Source of the DNA: an uncultured Candidatus Micrarchaeota archaeon
GTDB taxonomy: Archaea; Micrarchaeota; Micrarchaeia; Burarchaeales; Fermentimicrarchaeaceae
DNA: 50,532 nucleotides
Reading direction: 5' to 3'
Assembly: GCA_903921825.1 (NCBI GenBank)
Contig: CAIXRF010000107.1
Coordinates: 1 to 50,532 of the forward strand
This document shows positions 48,539 to 50,532 of the stretch, piece after piece. Each line of letters starts with the position of its first letter. The stretch's first letter is position 1. Both the position numbers and the translations under genes were made by a program. Under the pieces are notes generated by a model. It worked only from the letters and a program-made list of their open reading frames with translations, was not told the origin of the DNA and did no database searches.

Positions 48539-49373
48539 CGCCCTCCTGCTTCTTAAAAAGTTTGGGGTTGAGCGGAGCATAGTTTCGCATTCAGAGACGG
48601 TGGAGGCTATCGCTTTAGCGGTGGCGAGAAGGGCGGTTGCGCATGGGAGGAAAATTGACCTCGGGCTCGTTAGCGCCGGCGCGCTGCTCCATGATGTTGG
48701 AAGGAAGAAAACACATGGGTTGAAGCATGGTGTTGTTGGCGAGAGGATGCTTTTGGCTGCGGGTGTGCCAAAAAATATTGCGCATTTCGCAAGGACGCAC
48801 GTTCTTGCCGGCCTTGACGAAGAAACGGCGCCGAAAAGCATTGAGGAGAAGATTGTCTGCTATGCGGACAAGCTGTCCGATGGCAGGAAGATGGAAAGAA
48901 TTAAGACCAGGTTGGGGCCGAAATGCCCTTTGTGGAAGAGGATTGCTGTGTTGATGAGGGATGTTGAGACTATGGTGGGCGGTAAAATGGAGAGAGTCCA
49001 GGATTTCGACGCGATGGTAGTAGTGGAAAAAGGGCAGAGGTTCCTTGTTTTGAAACGGAAGAAGCCACCCGTCTGGGAGTTCCCCGGCGGCGCAATTGAG
49101 TGGGGAGAGACGCCGGAGGAGTCCGCAAGGCGCGAATGTGAAGAGGAATGTGGATTGAGGGTTAAAGTTGGGAAGATATTGGGGACAACGAGCGCTGTTT
49201 ATGGGAAGGAAGGGTGGTTGAAGCACGCCGTATATTTTGTGTTTAGAGGGAAGGTTGTTGGTGGGAAGCTGAAGTTGAGTAGGGAACACACTGCTGCGAA
49301 GTGGGTGGGGAAGAAGGAGTTGGGGAAGCTGAAGCTTGGGTACAACTCGAAACTCGCATTTGAGCTGCTCTAA
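48519..49373 (+). CDS. HD(HDIG)-domain / NUDIX hydrolase fusion
   Basis: HS..V, ALLHDVG, HG..G, EEKIVCYADK; then WEFPGG..EWGETPEE.ARRE..EE.GL Nudix box. Confidence 0.85.
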   Translation: MWRRRADALLLLKKFGVERSIVSHSETVEAIALAVARRAVAHGRKIDLGLVSAGALLHDVGRKKTHGLKHGVVGERMLLAAGVPKNIAHFARTHVLAGLDEETAPKSIEEKIVCYADKLSDGRKMERIKTRLGPKCPLWKRIAVLMRDVETMVGGKMERVQDFDAMVVVEKGQRFLVLKRKKPPVWEFPGGAIEWGETPEESARRECEEECGLRVKVGKILGTTSAVYGKEGWLKHAVYFVFRGKVVGGKLKLSREHTAAKWVGKKELGKLKLGYNSKLAFELL

Positions 49374-49410
49374 AAGGTTATATACCTATACGACGACAAG
49401 AATACCCCGC

Positions 49411-49485
49411 AGCGGGGTAGGGTAGCTTGGAGTGCCCGCTGGGCTCATAACCCAGAGATCCGTGGTTCAAATCCACGCCCCGCTA
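49411..49485 (+). tRNA. Initiator tRNA-Met(CAT)
   Basis: AGCGGGG/CCCCGCT acceptor with A1-U72; CTGGG-CTCATAA-CCCAG anticodon arm with three G-C pairs; GTTCAAATC T-loop; TTATATA box upstream. Confidence 0.95.
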
Positions 49486-49490
49486 TTCCC

Positions 49491-50330
49491 TTATTTTCTT
49501 GCGATTGATTTGACTGCAAGCGGCAGCTCGGAAATGATGTCGCTCGCTATCAGGCAATAGCCGTGTTTCTTGTACGCGAGGTCGCCTGCTGCGCCGTTCA
49601 GGTATGCTGCCAGCGCGGCTGCAATGACGGGCTCGTGCTTCTGGGCGAGCATGGTTGCGCAAATTCCCGCGAGCGTGTCGCCCGTGCCTCCCGCGGTCAT
49701 GCCGGGATTCCCGGTGTTGCTGAGGTAAGTGGTCTTGCCGTCGGAGATTACATCAGGCCTGCCTTTTAGGAGGATAGTTGCGTTGATTTGTTTAGTGAAG
49801 GAGGAAACCTGCGCTGACCGTTTCCCCACGTCCGCGGAAGGCGGCGAGCCGGAGAGGCGCTGGAATTCCACAGAGTGTGGTGTGTAAATGACTTGTTTGG
49901 ATGCCGGCCTCAGTCCCGGCATTATTGCGTCGGCATCTATTACAATTGGCTTCTGCCAGGTGGAAACAATGCGATGGATGGTTTGGAGAACCGCCGGCTT
50001 CTTCGTGAGGCCGTTGCCTATCACCAGGACATCGGCGCGGCTTTGCAGCTCCTGGAGGACGGGCAGGGCGACGTCTGTGAGATAGTTGCCTTCGTATTCC
50101 CAGATGATGAAGTCGGGGAGGTAGCCCGCTATCGTTGGCGCAACTTTGGACGGCGCGGTGATGTAAACGAGGTCCGCGCCGCTCCTGAGTGCTGCGCCAG
50201 CAACGAGTGCTGGCGAGCCGTAGTATTCCTTGCTGCCGCCGATTATCAGGACGCGGCCGTTTTGGCCTTTGTGGGATTCGGGGCTCCTGGGCCTTAGCAG
50301 TTTCCGGGCGAGCGCTTTCGTCATTTCCAT
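49491..50330 (-). CDS. nnrD: ADP-dependent NAD(P)H-hydrate dehydratase
   Basis: SHKGQNGRVLIIGGS..Y.GSP, IG.GL, VIDADA, TPH..EF.RL, LLKG..D.I, GNPGM..GGTGD.LAG motifs. Confidence 0.93.
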   Translation of the reverse strand: MEMTKALARKLLRPRSPESHKGQNGRVLIIGGSKEYYGSPALVAGAALRSGADLVYITAPSKVAPTIAGYLPDFIIWEYEGNYLTDVALPVLQELQSRADVLVIGNGLTKKPAVLQTIHRIVSTWQKPIVIDADAIMPGLRPASKQVIYTPHSVEFQRLSGSPPSADVGKRSAQVSSFTKQINATILLKGRPDVISDGKTTYLSNTGNPGMTAGGTGDTLAGICATMLAQKHEPVIAAALAAYLNGAAGDLAYKKHGYCLIASDIISELPLAVKSIARK

Positions 50331-50460
50331 AATGAACCTTTTGCTCTTCCTTTAATTAGTTTAGGTGGGGGGACCCCATTATTCCTTTAATCGTGGTTGG
50401 TTGGGTTGGCGTTGTCTTTCGGTTTTGTTGTTTGTTAGTAGTCTGTTTTTGTTTTGTTGT

Positions 50461-50502
50461 TATGTAACTATAGTTACATACTAACTACTACTAACTACTA
50501 CT
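50461..50502. repeat. Perfect 20-bp palindrome followed by a CTAACTACTA tandem repeat in an AT-rich region
   Basis: TATGTAACTATAGTTACATA (50461-50480), then ctaactacta x2. Confidence 0.85.
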
Positions 50503-50532
50503 CTATAACAAAAATAATAGGGGAAGTACGGG

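Noticed and set aside
47041-49490. Integrated element at either tRNA
   Set aside because: No integrase and no duplicated tRNA 3' end (att site) recognised in the window.

Overview
GC-rich archaeal chromosomal segment, most likely DPANN Micrarchaeota-like (inferred from gene content: archaeal PheS/PheT, class I LysRS, TFE, aTrm56, intron-containing tRNA, A1-U72 initiator tRNA, plus bacterial-type GyrBA, class II HMG-CoA reductase, NrdJ and AcsA). Housekeeping genes are interleaved with many secreted or membrane proteins carrying Pro/Thr linkers, including two modular class III signal-peptide (pilin-like) adhesins. No integrase, transposase, reverse transcriptase or CRISPR array was seen. The strongest candidates for something new are: (1) a ZMP/ZTP(pfl)-riboswitch-like RNA with a plausible translational switch in the 5' leader of acetyl-CoA synthetase (about 42500-42605); (2) a perfect 31-bp alternating purine/pyrimidine (Z-DNA-prone) tract beside the gyrBA TATA box; (3) in-frame hairpin cassettes between duplicated prepilin cleavage motifs; (4) a 1469-aa surface protein with an internal second signal peptide; (5) a tandem isonitrile-synthase-like gene plus a GNAT-like gene next to duplicated double-HTH regulators, one frameshifted at a G7 tract; (6) a tRNA-Lys with two introns. 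All family assignments come from motif recognition by eye and from memory; no database search was run.
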